Shown here in pieces: positions 13,072-25,587 of a DNA stretch of 64,000 bases. Under the pieces are notes generated by a model. The model was not told where the DNA came from. It made no database searches and saw only the letters and a program-made list of their open reading frames with translations. The stretch's first letter is position 1; every line of letters starts with the position of its first letter. The stretch is from NCBI GenBank assembly GCA_020891255.1, contig BQFW01000014.1:62001-126000 (forward strand), in the 5' to 3' direction. The stretch is from Entomortierella parvispora E1425 (lineage: Eukaryota; Fungi; Mortierellomycota). The position numbers and the translations under genes were made by a program.

Positions 13072-15987
13072 ATGAAGTTTGGCCACCAGCTCAAGACTTC
13101 GCTCTACCCAGAGTGGGTCTTTTACTACCTGGCCTACGACAAGCTCAAGGCCGAGCTCAAGACCCGCCTCGCCCAGGATCATGGGCAGTGGACTGAGGAT
13201 GACGAGACGGCCTTTGCTGAACTGTTGGAGAAGGAGCTTGATAAGGTCTACTCGTTCCAAAAGGTCAAGTCGGGTGAGATCATGCGCCGGATCCAACACG
13301 CTAAACAAGAGGTCGAGGATATCATCCACTCGGACCATGCTCAGAACGAGGATTTTGCCTTGCTCGAAGAGGAGCTTTCTCACATCATTGCCGATGTGCA
13401 CGATCTCGCAAAGTTCACTCGCCTGAACTACACTGGTTTCCTCAAGATCATCAAGAAGCACGATGTAAGTAGCATAGCCATCACTGTTCTCTATTCCAAT
13501 CCATCGTCTTCCATAACATTCACCGACACAGACGACGCAGACAACACACGCCACGCAACAAACAAGAAAGGATCTGCCGTTGTCAACGAAGTCAGGATGA
13601 GCAATTGGACAGCCCAAACGGGAATAAGAATGTGACATGGACCCCGGGAAACCAGCCAGCTCGGCGTCCAACGGCGCCCCCTGAACAACTCGCCCCCATG
13701 ACCCCAGAGGGAGAGAAGCAGAGACAGGGAGAGGAATAACAGACTATCGGACCAAGGGGCAAGCGGACAAACGCGCGATAGGCATTGTCTGGTGCACCTC
13801 CGCCAACAGTTTTCCTTTTCAGCTGCACAAGAAAAGAGAAAAGAAATCAAGAGATCAGACACAGATGGCTCGTGGGGCCAGAGAGCCGGGCCAATTGGCC
13901 AGTTGCCCTTACACACCGACCGGGGAAGAGAGAGAGCGCGAGCGCCCGCTCAACTCTACTTGCGAGACGATCTGTTTTGATTCTGCGACTAACGGAATGA
14001 ATCTTTCGCAATAGAAACTCACCCACTGGATCCTCAGACCCATTTTCATGGTCCGCCTCAACTCAAAGCCCTTCTACAAGGAGAACTACGACGCCCTGAT
14101 TGTCAAGCTGTCCAGTCTCTACGACCAGGTGCGCACCAGAGGCAAGGCCCATGGCGGAGACTCGTCCGCCGGCGGCAGTCAGCAGGCCTTTGTTCGCCAG
14201 ACGACAAAGTATTGGGTTCATCCTGACAACATCACAGAACTCAAGCTCATCATCCTGAAACATCTCCCCGTTCTGGTCTTCAACCCCAACAAAGAGTTCA
14301 ACCCGGCCGACAGCGCCATCTCCTCGGTGTACTTTGACAATGAGGACTTTGAGTTGTACATGGGCCGTCTTGAAAAGTCAGAGGGCGCTGAGGCTCTGCG
14401 TCTGCGTTGGTATGGCGGCATGGATCAGCAACAGATCTTTGTGGAGCGCAAGACACATCGTGAAGACTGGACAGGAGAAAAGAGTGTGAAGGCTCGATTC
14501 CCAATCAAGGAGAAATACGTCAACGCCTTCTTGCGGGGCGAGTATACCATGGAAGCGACCATTGCCAAGATGAGGGCCGAGGGCAAAAAGTCGGAGAAGG
14601 AGATTGCAGAGTTTGAGCAGCTCAGCAGCGAGTGCCAGTACGGCATCCTCACCAAAGACTATGGCCCAGGTATGTTGATTAAGCGCCGAATCCTGGAAAA
14701 AAGCTTTTTTTCTTGCATGTTCCGATGATTCCCTACTCCCTACGAACGAAACAACTCACCATTCCTTCTCCTTCTGTCCGTCTTTGTGTAGTGATGCGTA
14801 CTTTTTACAACAGAACTGCGTTCCAGCTGCCCGGCGATGCTCGCGTTCGTATTTCACTGGATACCGAGCTGACTTTGATTCGTGAGGACAATTTGGATGG
14901 CCGGACCCGATCAGGCGATAACTGGCGCCGCATGGACATTGGTATCGACTGGCCTTTCAGTCAGCTGCAGGACGACGATATCTGCCGATTCCCATATGCT
15001 GTTCTCGAGGTCAAGCTCCAAACTCAACATGGCCAAGAGCCTCCCGAGTGGGTTCGTGAGTTGGTCAACTCGCACTTGGTCGAGTCTGTGCCAAAGTTCT
15101 CAAAGTTCATCCACGGAGTTTCGACTTTGATTGAGAATAGGGTCAAGCTCTTCCCCTTCTGGTACCATCAGATGGATATCGACATTCGCAAGCCCGCCTC
15201 TAAAAATATTTCAATCTCGCGGCCCGACCCAAGCGGATACAGCACTCCTGCCAATACGACAAGCGACGATGACCATGATATGAGGATCACGGTTGTGGAC
15301 GATGAAGAGTCTTATCAAGGAGGCGCCAAGACTGCCCAGGAGTATGAGTGGGTCGACGAGGATGAGGAGAATCCTTTGGAGCCCTCCGATAACTGGATCC
15401 AACATCATCGACCTGGGTCGTCCAGCAGTGCCTCAAGCGAACAAACACCGCTCTTGGCTGGTCAAAGGCAACGCGGTCTCAAGCAAAAGAACTCGTTGAT
15501 TTCACCTTTCAAACCCGGCGCGGAGACCCTCCGTTACTTGTTCCGCAGGACCAAGGATCGTGTGACACAGCCATTCGGAGAGGACGAGTCTGCGAATGCA
15601 GCAGGTCCTCAGACAACGTATCTCATCACCCCTCCTGGCCGCAAGATTGCAACCCTGGTCCGTGTAGAGCCCAAGGTGTTTTTTGCGAACGAGCGTACAT
15701 TCCTGTCCTGGCTGCAGTTCACGGTCATGTTGGGCGGTCTTTCGTTGGGTTTGCTCAACTTTGGTGACAAGGTGTCGCGAGTCAGTGCGGGTCTGTTCAC
15801 GTTTGTTGCTCTGTCGTTCATGGTCTATGCTTTGGTGACCTACCACTGGCGTGCATACAAGATCAGGAACAGGGAACTGGGACCATTCGATGATCGGATC
15901 GGACCCACCCTGCTCTGTTTTATCCTCTTGACTGCCATGGTCACCAACTTCTTCCTCCAGTGGGCTTATGAGAAGAAGAGACCTTGA
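13072..15987 (+). CDS. VTC4: Vacuolar transporter chaperone 4, polyphosphate polymerase (SPX + VTC + DUF202 TM); exons 13072-13464, 14015-14669, 14792-15987
   Basis: [26 protein letters not shown] (SPX); [52 protein letters not shown] (VTC catalytic tunnel); [16 protein letters not shown] plus three TM helices. GT-AG junctions keep frame. Confidence 0.96.
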
Positions 15988-16241
15988 ATTGGCGACCTAT
16001 TTTACCCTGTTTGTTTATAACCTTCAAAATAAATGCCAGCATTGCACATTCAAAATCTCAACTGAGTCGAATCACCATCGTTGACTCTGCTCTTCTGTCA
16101 GCCACGGTTCCTCATGTAAAAGTGTTGTATTCACCATATCTTTAATCAATTTTTTTTCTTCATTCGCTTCCTTTCTTTCTAAGGCCTCAGTACATTAGGA
16201 CGCAATGGTCTGGATCGTTCGCTGGGGTCCGGCTGCACTCC

Positions 16242-19200
16242 TTAAAGACCAAGTGTAAATCCCTCCGCCTCCAGCCTGGCCAAGGTCAAGAGCATGTCCT
16301 GGTCAAAGAACTTGTTCACTGAGACATCCTCGCTCAAGCCCTTGCGTCTACGCGTCTTGATCATAAAGTCGCGAGCCAAGTGCTGTACAGGACTTGGTTC
16401 CAGGGGCCTCAAGGCGATGCTCTTGTTCAAGGGGTCACCAGGCACAATCTGCCAAGTATCAAACATCTGTTGAGCAAAAGCCTGTCCTTGTGTATGTGTT
16501 CGCAGATCCGTCTCGAAACCAAACGACTCAATCACAGGAATCACAGCGTGCACGGTGTAGAGAGGCGATCCAGCCTTAGGAATATCGCGCAAGACATGGC
16601 CGCGACGACGAGTCAAGACTGTGTACACAGCTGCCACACAGTCGGCTGGAGCTTGCACCTCGACCTTGTACACTGGCTCCATCAATCTTGGCTGAGCCAT
16701 CAAGAAGGACGAGTAGCACACACGACGGGCTGTAGGAATGATCTGACCGCTTCCACGGTAGATGGGCTCTGGTGCCAAGTCAGCTCCAATGATCCTGAAC
16801 TTGACGCTACGGATGGCTATTGAGTAGAGAGACATAAGCAAAAAAAGAAAAAAAAGGCTTTGTAAGTACCATTGTTCTTGCCGCTGAGCAACCACCATTG
16901 AGCTGCAATGCAGCTTGTTGAATTCTTACGTTCATCACACAGAGGTCCTTCTCGGGTTCCCCATTGGAAACCTTGGCGGATGGCATCTCTGGCCTGCTTC
17001 AAACGACTCTTATCCACCTCGCTTGGTAGCGTGTCGTCCACAAGGATGTTGGGTCCATTCATATCTGGTCCAAAAGCCCAAATGTTGCGAGCTGCCAAGA
17101 TATCCCAGTTATAGTTCTCCTGGAAGTGGTTTCCGAGTTGCTTGGCTGTCCATTCTGTCGACACCTTCAGTCCTTCAATATCCTTCACAATCGCGCTCTC
17201 CAATGGCTCTGCAATCATAGTCAATTTGTTCCTATAGTGAGTAATAAAGGCAAGTAGCTGTTAGGTGCCATTTCAAGAAACCATCGCAGTTCCAATTTCA
17301 GTTCATCATTGTATGTGCCGTACTTTTTGTTTGGAGTCTCGGCAAAGCAGTTTAAACTGCTAGTCTCCAACACAGTCTCGCAGAACCTCACAACGGGATC
17401 GGCGACCTTCAGGTCAATCTCCGAATACAGCTTGCGCAAATCGTGCAAAGCCGAGTCCATGTAAAGTTCGCCTGGTGCCAAAATAATATGCTCTCCACTC
17501 TCCTCGACCCTCGTAATCAAAATAGGGTATGATTTGTTGACGTTTCTCAATCCCTCCAACATCTTGGGAAGCTCCGAGGGGTTGACGGGCTCAATGGCAA
17601 TCTTCATCACGGCCGAAGTCATAAAGCGCAGGGGCCTGAAGATGTAAAGCTCATTTGTATCTGCATCCACGCTGGTGATGGTTGCTGTCTTTGTGATTGA
17701 CTGATCGACTCCACCCAACAGAACCCAGTTTCCAGCAACTACCTCCTGTGTGTCGATACGGTACCGCGACTCGAAAACGGAGACGCTGTCTACTGTTTGA
17801 ACCGTCATGTCCTCGTCATCATCCACTGTAAAACCCTCGCCCAGGACCCGAACCTTTTGACCAACGCGAACGGTGCCGCTCATGACACGACCAAAGGCAT
17901 CAAACTTTTCTCCATCGGCAGAGTTGTAGAGCTTGGTGATATGAATCATAAGAGGTCCTTTGGGATCGCAGGCCTTCATTGCTGTTGCTGCTGCATCGTC
18001 CATGGGTCCTGTATATATATGTTCGACTTTCCGGACAGCGCTTTCCGTGGGTGATTGAATGTGCTGGGAAACCATATCGACGAATCCCGTAGGGGGTCCA
18101 AAGAATTGATCCATGACCAATCTTAAAACGGGCTTGACATCCAGGTTATACTGCTTGGGCTTTAAGAAGATCCCAAGACTTGAAAGGGTAGCCTTAAGCT
18201 TTGCGCTGTCTTCGGCCACGACTTGACCATAGATCTTGAACAACGGCTCCAGAATAAAGTGGACAAAAGATCGTTTTGCGGGCCTTTCGGTAGCATTCCT
18301 GCCAAACTTTCTAGTTTCCGAATTGAAATACACATCTCCCCAGAGGCGCTTGGCAAATCCGTTGACATCGATTCCAGCTATCGGTGAGAAGGTTCAAAAC
18401 CCAGTTAGTGAACCAGGAGTATGAAAGAGTGCTAGCCCATGCGGAAAAAGATGGTGGGAGGCATTGTCACTTACGATAAGAGTCGGCGTACAACTTGGCG
18501 AATGACTTTAAGCTGAAGCACCATCCCATTTGTGATGAAGCAAAAGTAACGTTTCCAAGCTCTGGAGACAAACGAATGCCCTTTCCACCTGGCGTTTGAG
18601 AAATGATGGTGTTGACTTCTTCGATCGTGTGCTTCAACTTGAGGTAGGCGTCTGAGGGAGGCAACTTGAGTTCCAAAATCAAGCGGTCCACCTTGTTGAT
18701 AACGAGCGTCAAGGCGACCTTCTCCTGGATACAGTGTTGAATGATACGCTCAGTATTACACATGACTCCCTCGACAGCGTCCACAACCAAAACAGCGCCA
18801 TCCGAAATCCTGAGTGCAGCAGCCACTTCGTCGATGAAATCAACATGGCCTAGAGAGTGCAAATGAGAAGAAGTCAGACAAGAGCCATATCAGTACCTGG
18901 GCTTTGATCCAAGCAGCTCCATCAATGAAATGAACGGCAACTGGGTCTGAAATTTACCTGGAGTGTCGATGATGTTCAGCAGGTACGACACGTCCTTGGT
19001 ATCCTGCATAACAAGAGTCATGGGCATGCTCTTAATACTGACGCCCCTTTGTCTCTCCAGAGGGTGGGTGTCCGTGTACCGCTCCTGCAGATCAACATTC
19101 ATGTTCTTCTCGTGGGTTTCATTCACGAGCATATCCATGATGGAGGACTTTCCGTGATGAAGGTGGCCCACCAGGGCAACATTGCGCACACGGGGAGGGA

Positions 19201-19824
19201 ACGCCATCAGATCGTACATGTACCTAGTCAAGTTTTCAAGAAGTTCGCATAAGTCCAGAGGATCCACGGTCGCCCCATACTATACTGCGCAAAGGTCAGA
19301 ACTGCAGTCTTACTGTTTACGGAAACGGGTTGTAGGGAGGTCCTTCTCCTCGAGTTGGAACTTCTTCGTCTTGATGGGCTGCACAATAGGTTCAGTCAAA
19401 GGCTGAGTGTCCTCCTCCTCGACTAAAGCCTCAACACCTTCTCCATAGACCTCCTCAGCCGTGGGGTAGTACTTCTTGTCCTCGTGCAGCACAATCTGGT
19501 TCTGAGGAATCTCTGTTTACACAAATACACGGTTGCAGGGGTCATGCATCGTTAGGACAACATTCGGTGGCGTATACATAAAACAGATCAGCATGCGCCT
19601 CCGGTGAGCAGAGACTTGCCTCCGATGCGCGCCAGGGCGGTGCTGGACTGGGCCGAGTGCATTTCCACGTCTTCGTCCTCGTCCTCGTCGCCATTGGCGC
19701 TGCTTCTTTCCTGGGCAGCAGCCATGTGCTGGTCCTGGACCTGATCCTCCTCGTCCTCGATGTCGTCATCAGACAGATCGTCACCGAGGTAGTTGCCGTA
19801 TTCGTCGTAAAGGGACTCGTCCAT
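16242..19824 (-). CDS. SNU114: U5 snRNP 116-kDa GTPase (EF-2-like), 7 exons: 19824-19620, 19512-19314, 19223-18958, 18849-18475, 18377-17324, 17231-16930, 16816-16242
   Basis: [12 protein letters not shown] acidic N-terminus; [11 protein letters not shown]; [14 protein letters not shown]; [14 protein letters not shown]; GPLCDEPIRSVKF; [15 protein letters not shown]; [13 protein letters not shown]. Confidence 0.97.
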
Positions 19825-22800
19825 GATGTGTCTGCGAGGTCGGTGCTCTTTTTTTCCTGTGGGTGGTTGTTGGGGTACTTGTCCAGAACAGCCGAGAAAA
19901 CGAGACCTCGTGCGAAGAAGCAGGAAGGAACGAAGGGAGGGAGAGGGGATGAATGCGATGGGATTTGGATGGATTGCTCTGTGATTGCACGCTTGCATCC
20001 TCGCCTGCTGTTGTTGGTCACGTGCGGACTGTGGCTTGGTCTGATGTGGATATCGTGTCTAAACTACTCTCATAAATGATAAATGCGCATTATTTTATTT
20101 TTTATTTTAAATTTAAATTTTTCTAGCGGGCCGCGTCGATGCCGTGTCAGGGGTGCACGCCGAGAGGAATCCACCCACTCTTGGGAGACATGATGAGGCA
20201 AAACACATGCCAATCCTGCTTTTTCCGCCTTGGAGAGAAAAACATCACAACACCGAGCCCGCAAGTTCTTTTTTTTTCAGGGGAAGATCGATTGCCGTCT
20301 GGAAGAACCTGCCTGACAGCAGAGAGAAAACAAACATCCTCAGTTAACAAACTGTGACCAAGACGAGTGGGACAGGGCCCTTTGAAGCGTCAATTCAAGT
20401 TGATTCTTGAAGAAACAACTTCACTTCAACTAGGACTTTGCCCAAAGCTTCATTGTGTTCATCGTCAGTCGCTCGTCCAATCCCAATGCAAGCGCTTGAT
20501 CCTTTTGCTCTCACGCATCCTCCACCTTTCGCCCCATGCCTCCAATGTCGTACAACTGAGTTGTGCTACTTTGACTTTTTGGACCGACCGCGAGAAATAA
20601 AACAAATCTTGAGAGCCAGGGCCAAACTAAAAAAAATAAAATAAAAAAAAAATAGCAAGAACAGAAACTAAAATCTCGGGTTAGGGAAGAAATGCACGTT
20701 GAAGCCCCAAAACCAAATTTTTTCAATGGGTTGGGCGAATTGGAGGAGAATGAAGAAGAAGCTGTTGTGGGATGACATGTTGTGCTGAGTTTGCAAATGT
20801 ATTTTTCTTGTGCAGACCCTGCGTGGGATAGTTGGGGTCCGCTTGGGGCGCTACTGTAGTTTGGCTCAGTGGTGCATCCGTGTGAAGCAAGGTGGTGCAA
20901 AGGTAAACAATTGCGCCTCTCTGTGGAGAGGCAAGGTGGAAATGACCTCTGTTACATGGCTGGGCTTTTGATGACATGCATAGAAGGCGTCCGACTTGTG
21001 GGATACCTTTGCCAAGGTACCCAGTGCGAACTTGTTTGGCTTGACAACAGTTGCCGAAGAAGCTATTTTCGCTCAATTAAGGTCAGTATTGACGCCTCGG
21101 CCTTTGCGATTTTTGGGAGGGAAGAGAGGACTCAGTTTCAAGCCATTCTTCTGTTCCACGGACCAATGAACCAACAAATGCAACCCCAATGAACCCCAAT
21201 GTATCGGTGTAAGGGAGGTGCACAGGTATAGCAGAGATCCTCGTAGCTTGGCCACTTGATGTTGTCATGATCAGCTATTCAACTGATTTTTTTTTTAGTT
21301 GCTTCTTGCAAATGAAGTGCAGGCACGAGGCTTCATGCACACGTACCCTGCAGCAAAAGGGCTTTTTCAATCGATGTCTAGACCAATGCCTCTTCCCCCC
21401 CAAAAAAAACTCATCCAGTCGGGGGCGAAGGCGTGATGATCTCCACACCCCTATTTCTTAGATTGTCAAAAGCAATTACAAATAGTTTTCTTCACCGTTC
21501 ATTGTTTTAAGGATGCCTTCCAGTATTAAATAGAGCTTGACAAAGGTCGGCTGGTTCAAAATAGTGTATTTCGTCTCTTTCTATCGACCCATGCCACCCT
21601 CCTTGGGCGGTCCAAACTAATGACGAGTGCAGAGGAGCAGAGAATAGGGGAGTCTGCCTGGTGATCCAACTGTTTTGTTTCTTGCAGCCGGTCGATCCGA
21701 GTAGGCGTGTTGCCTCTGACACCGCATCTATTTACAGGGTGGTTCGACTTGAGCGAGGGGGTGGGGAATGACTTTTGATTGTTGCTCAACAAGTGGGTGG
21801 GACCAAGTCGGAGAGCTTTTTCCATAAACAAAGACAAAGGAATCGAACCCCATCAAGGAATCAAGAAGCTCCATTGTTTCCAACTTGATAAATGGAAGAG
21901 CCGCAAGATTCCTAAAGTTCGCCAAGAAGGTGGGGGTGAGAGGAGCTCTTGCGCTTTAGCGTGCATGCCGAAGCGTAGACTCTAATGAGCTGATCGTTGA
22001 GCAAGACGGAGGAGTGGGGGAGGGGGCTCAAATAGCCAACCAAAAAATGAAGGTTGTTGCGGCTATGAGAATGTAAAAAGTCCCACGCTTTGACGCGTTT
22101 TTTTTTTTTTTTTTGTGGGCAACTGTGTCCGTCCGTCTGGCTGTTCAAAGCAACAACATTGCGTGATTTATTTCCCTGCGTCAAGCTGTCTTTCCTCAAA
22201 GAGACTGCGCGTCCTCTGCTTCAGAGTGCCGTTGTGATCCCTGGTGAGCAAAGGAAAACAAGAAAGAGACACTCTTTGTTGCAGTCGCACAGAAGCTCGT
22301 GGGCGTTCAAGAAAAACAAGGAGCTCACTTCACTTTCATCTTCGTCTCAATCATCTTTGAAGCTTGAAAGCGTCCAGGGTTTTGCTGGTGGTTGGACACA
22401 ACAACGAGGTGAGCAATGTCTTGGTAGGTCCATGCCTCATCGATGGTGTTGGATTGGCCCTGAGCACAGAAAGAGCTCAAGTCTTTTTGGGGAAAACATG
22501 TAATGTAGGACAACCACCCAAATGGCGCCATTACCATGGTCCCTTGAAAAACTCAAATCCAACGAAATGAAGGGAGGCGGGGCAGAGCAAAAGAGGTAAG
22601 CGAGTTGCTGCTGGGAAAGGCTGGTTCAAGTTTAACAAATGTGCAGAACAATCCTGTTAGCACATTGTTTAAAAAAAAACTTGCGCTCGCAACAACGCCC
22701 ATCCCTCATGTTGCACTTGGCCCCAAACCAGGACTTCCCTTGCCCCCACCTCCATGTACCTTTGTTTTCGTTGGGTAACAGAGCGAGAGAGTGGGAGATG

Positions 22801-24318
22801 CAGCAACAAAGATAGTAGTATGTTTGTTGACTTTGTTGATTGGAGATCCATCTGCACCCGCCTTTCCACGGATACTTGCACCTCCCCCGCCCTGCTTCTC
22901 AATGCCTTTCAATTGATCAAACAAACAGAAAGAAAATAGGAAAAACTAGAAGAGAAATCGGAATGGGTCCCGACAGTGTGGGGATGAAATGTGGAGAATC
23001 AGCAGGGCACATCAACAACTGCCCAGAGATCAAATATTCACAGCTTGAGTGTGGAGATGCGGAGCCAAAAAAAAAAAAAAAAAAAAAAAAAGGCCTGCAC
23101 AGTCAATAAGTTTACGAGAAAGAATCTAGAGAGTGGAATGAGCCGATGAGCCGTCGCGAGGAGGGACGATGACTACGCGAGCTAGTCTATCCTCGAGGAG
23201 GATGATGAAATCACTATCGCTGCGTATCTGTCGCTCTCTCATTTTTTTTTGGTCTCCTCTATCGATTGCGCCGATTCTAATCCGTCTGCCCTTTATTTTT
23301 CGAGATTTCGTTATCTTGATCCAAGAAGTGTGGATAAAAAAAGCAATGATCGATCGAGCCGATACGAAAACGATGGAGTCCAACTGACTGAGCCTGTCTT
23401 CCCTCCCAACGTCTTGTTTGCATCCTTTTTATCGATCCCAAGAGCTGGCATTGAGGCAGCCCTTTCGTCACTTCAGGGGAGGCCCCTGCCACCCCGGCAC
23501 GCCATTCAAGTTTCAACACTCCAAATTGTGTTTGGGATATGGCCACGTTTATCTCCCACGGCTCGGACAATGAAGCAACAACAAGATGTCTTTGAACCGA
23601 CAAAGTCGCAAGTGTGTGTGCGGGAAGGGAGAGAGAGGAGTTTGGAGAAGGCGCCACAGACGGGCAGCCCCGCCGAGCAGATGTGATGATCTGTTACAAC
23701 TCCGCAATGGGTCCCTGGGAGGGTAAGCGGAAACGGGTAAGCAGATCGCGGCAGAGGGGCGATAGGTGAACACAAGGCGGGAACCCTGGCTGGCCCGGAC
23801 CTGATTCGATGCACCACCTGGTTCTTATTCCTCCACAAAGATTGGTGTGCTGGGGACATGGATGTTTCGTTGTGAAAGTTTTATTGTGAGAGTGTGGTTG
23901 TCATGCAAAGAAAGTGAAATGATATGGGATTGGGTTTACAAATGATACTATAATACAAATAGGGTGGGGTGAGTGAGGGGGGGGGGGGAGGTCAGGCCGC
24001 GAGCAAAGAAGGCAACCAGCCCAAAAGCGGGGCTGGCCGGCTTGGTTCGTGGGAGAAACAGGTACAAATACAAATGAAAAGAGAATGGAGAAGAAATGGC
24101 GCCATGACCGCAACTCAATATGGAAGAAGGTGGGCTATATACAACAACAGAAGCGTAAAGATCCAGGACCGTGAGAGCGAGAGCGAGAGCGGGTAGGACT
24201 TAAAGGGCTTGTTCGAGAGCGGAGAGAGGGAAGATCCGAGTCGTTCTCGTCTTTGACCAGTCAACTACGCACTGCCAATTTTTTTTTTTTTTTTTTTGTG
24301 GGGTAAAAAAAAAAAAAA

Positions 24319-25587
24319 TTAGAAGATTGGCAGAAGCGAGGAGATGGGCGGCAATTTGAACTCTGATCCGTTGTTGTTCTGTTGTTGTGGCTGTTGGTGG
24401 CTAGCCCCGTTGTGGTTGTTGGCCAGCATGGGCAGGGGCAGCGAGATGCGATCCATCGAATCCATGGGTGCGTACGATCGGTTCATGTTGTTGTTGGGTC
24501 GGTAGGAGGGGTAGGGACGATGGGGATGGTAGCTGCTCTCCATCATCGAGGGCAACGGTGCTGGCTTGAAGTGCTGCTGAGGCGGGTAAGGGGCCACAGA
24601 GTAGCGGGTCTGGCTGGCACTGCCGTACCGAGGCGACATGGGAGGCGAGTACGGCGGCGTCTGCAACATACCGCCACTCATCTTGCCAGCGGCCATGGGG
24701 TACTGTTGCTGTGATGAGGGGTAGGACGACGACGCTTGTTGAGGGTGCTGGACTGAGGCAGCAGGTGTGATCGGTGTCATTCTTGCCCATGCTGGATAGT
24801 CCACCATAGGTTCAGCGTCTGATCCTGACAGGGAAGGAGATCTGGGGCAAGGAGACATGGACGATCGAACTGTGCTCGCTGGCGAGTTCGAGGCCGTTAC
24901 TACCGCCTTCTTCATCGAGGCTGCCGACTTCTTGGCCTTTGTCGTCGTTACCTTGGCTCGCTCCTCTGTCCCAGCCTCACTGTTTGTGCCGTCGGTGTGC
25001 GAACGCGAATGATCCCGCAATGCCTCGGATCGCGTAAAACCGAGGCCACATCCCTCCACTTGGCAGATAAACAACTTCTCCGAGGAATGGGAACGGATAT
25101 GGCGAGCCAAATGGCCAGATCGTGTAAACGACTTGAAGCAGTTGGGCACAGGGCAGATATGTTTACGTGCCCACTCGGCCGATTCCTGGGCCTGAAGGTA
25201 ATCTTGATAGGTTGCGTAGTGGTGAGGCGAGGTTGACAACAGATCAGCGTTGCCACTCTTGCAGGCAGAGGTATGGGCCTTCATGTGGCGTGTGAGTTCG
25301 TCCGAGCGAGAGAAACGCTTGTCGCAATTGGGAAAGTCGCAAGGATGAGGTTTTTCACCAGTGTGTGTGCGGATATGGCGGGTCTGATGCTCCAAGCGGA
25401 AGAAGGATCGGTCGCAAAGATGGCACTCGTAGGGACGGGAGACCTGGTCGACCGACTCCACATCTGAATCTCCACAGGCTGAAGAGGCAGAGGAGGTGTT
25501 GGCCCTTTTTGGGGTGCGAGTGGATGTGGAGGTAGTGGCAGGGCCAGAGGACGACGAGGAGCCGTTCTTGGAGTTGGCCAAAGTCAT
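24319..25587 (-). CDS. creA: C2H2 zinc-finger transcription factor, CreA/Mig1-like carbon catabolite repressor with four fingers
   Basis: Fingers 1-2 ([47 protein letters not shown]) carry the CreA/Mig1 signature, and the C-terminal KLPPISSLL resembles the Mig1 effector motif. A second finger pair follows. Intronless 422-aa ORF. Orthology versus paralogy is untested. Confidence 0.8.
   Translation of the reverse strand: MTLANSKNGSSSSSGPATTSTSTRTPKRANTSSASSACGDSDVESVDQVSRPYECHLCDRSFFRLEHQTRHIRTHTGEKPHPCDFPNCDKRFSRSDELTRHMKAHTSACKSGNADLLSTSPHHYATYQDYLQAQESAEWARKHICPVPNCFKSFTRSGHLARHIRSHSSEKLFICQVEGCGLGFTRSEALRDHSRSHTDGTNSEAGTEERAKVTTTKAKKSAASMKKAVVTASNSPASTVRSSMSPCPRSPSLSGSDAEPMVDYPAWARMTPITPAASVQHPQQASSSYPSSQQQYPMAAGKMSGGMLQTPPYSPPMSPRYGSASQTRYSVAPYPPQQHFKPAPLPSMMESSYHPHRPYPSYRPNNNMNRSYAPMDSMDRISLPLPMLANNHNGASHQQPQQQNNNGSEFKLPPISSLLPIF

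Noticed and set aside
20862-20872. A-box-like TGGCTCAGTGG
   Set aside because: No B-box or cloverleaf downstream on the same strand.
21839-21851. Isolated Pol III B-box (GGGGTTCGATTCC on the minus strand) as a tRNA or SINE
   Set aside because: No acceptor stem, anticodon arm or good A-box could be folded. A lone match is not improbable in 128 kb of both strands. It could be an ETC site but is unsupported.
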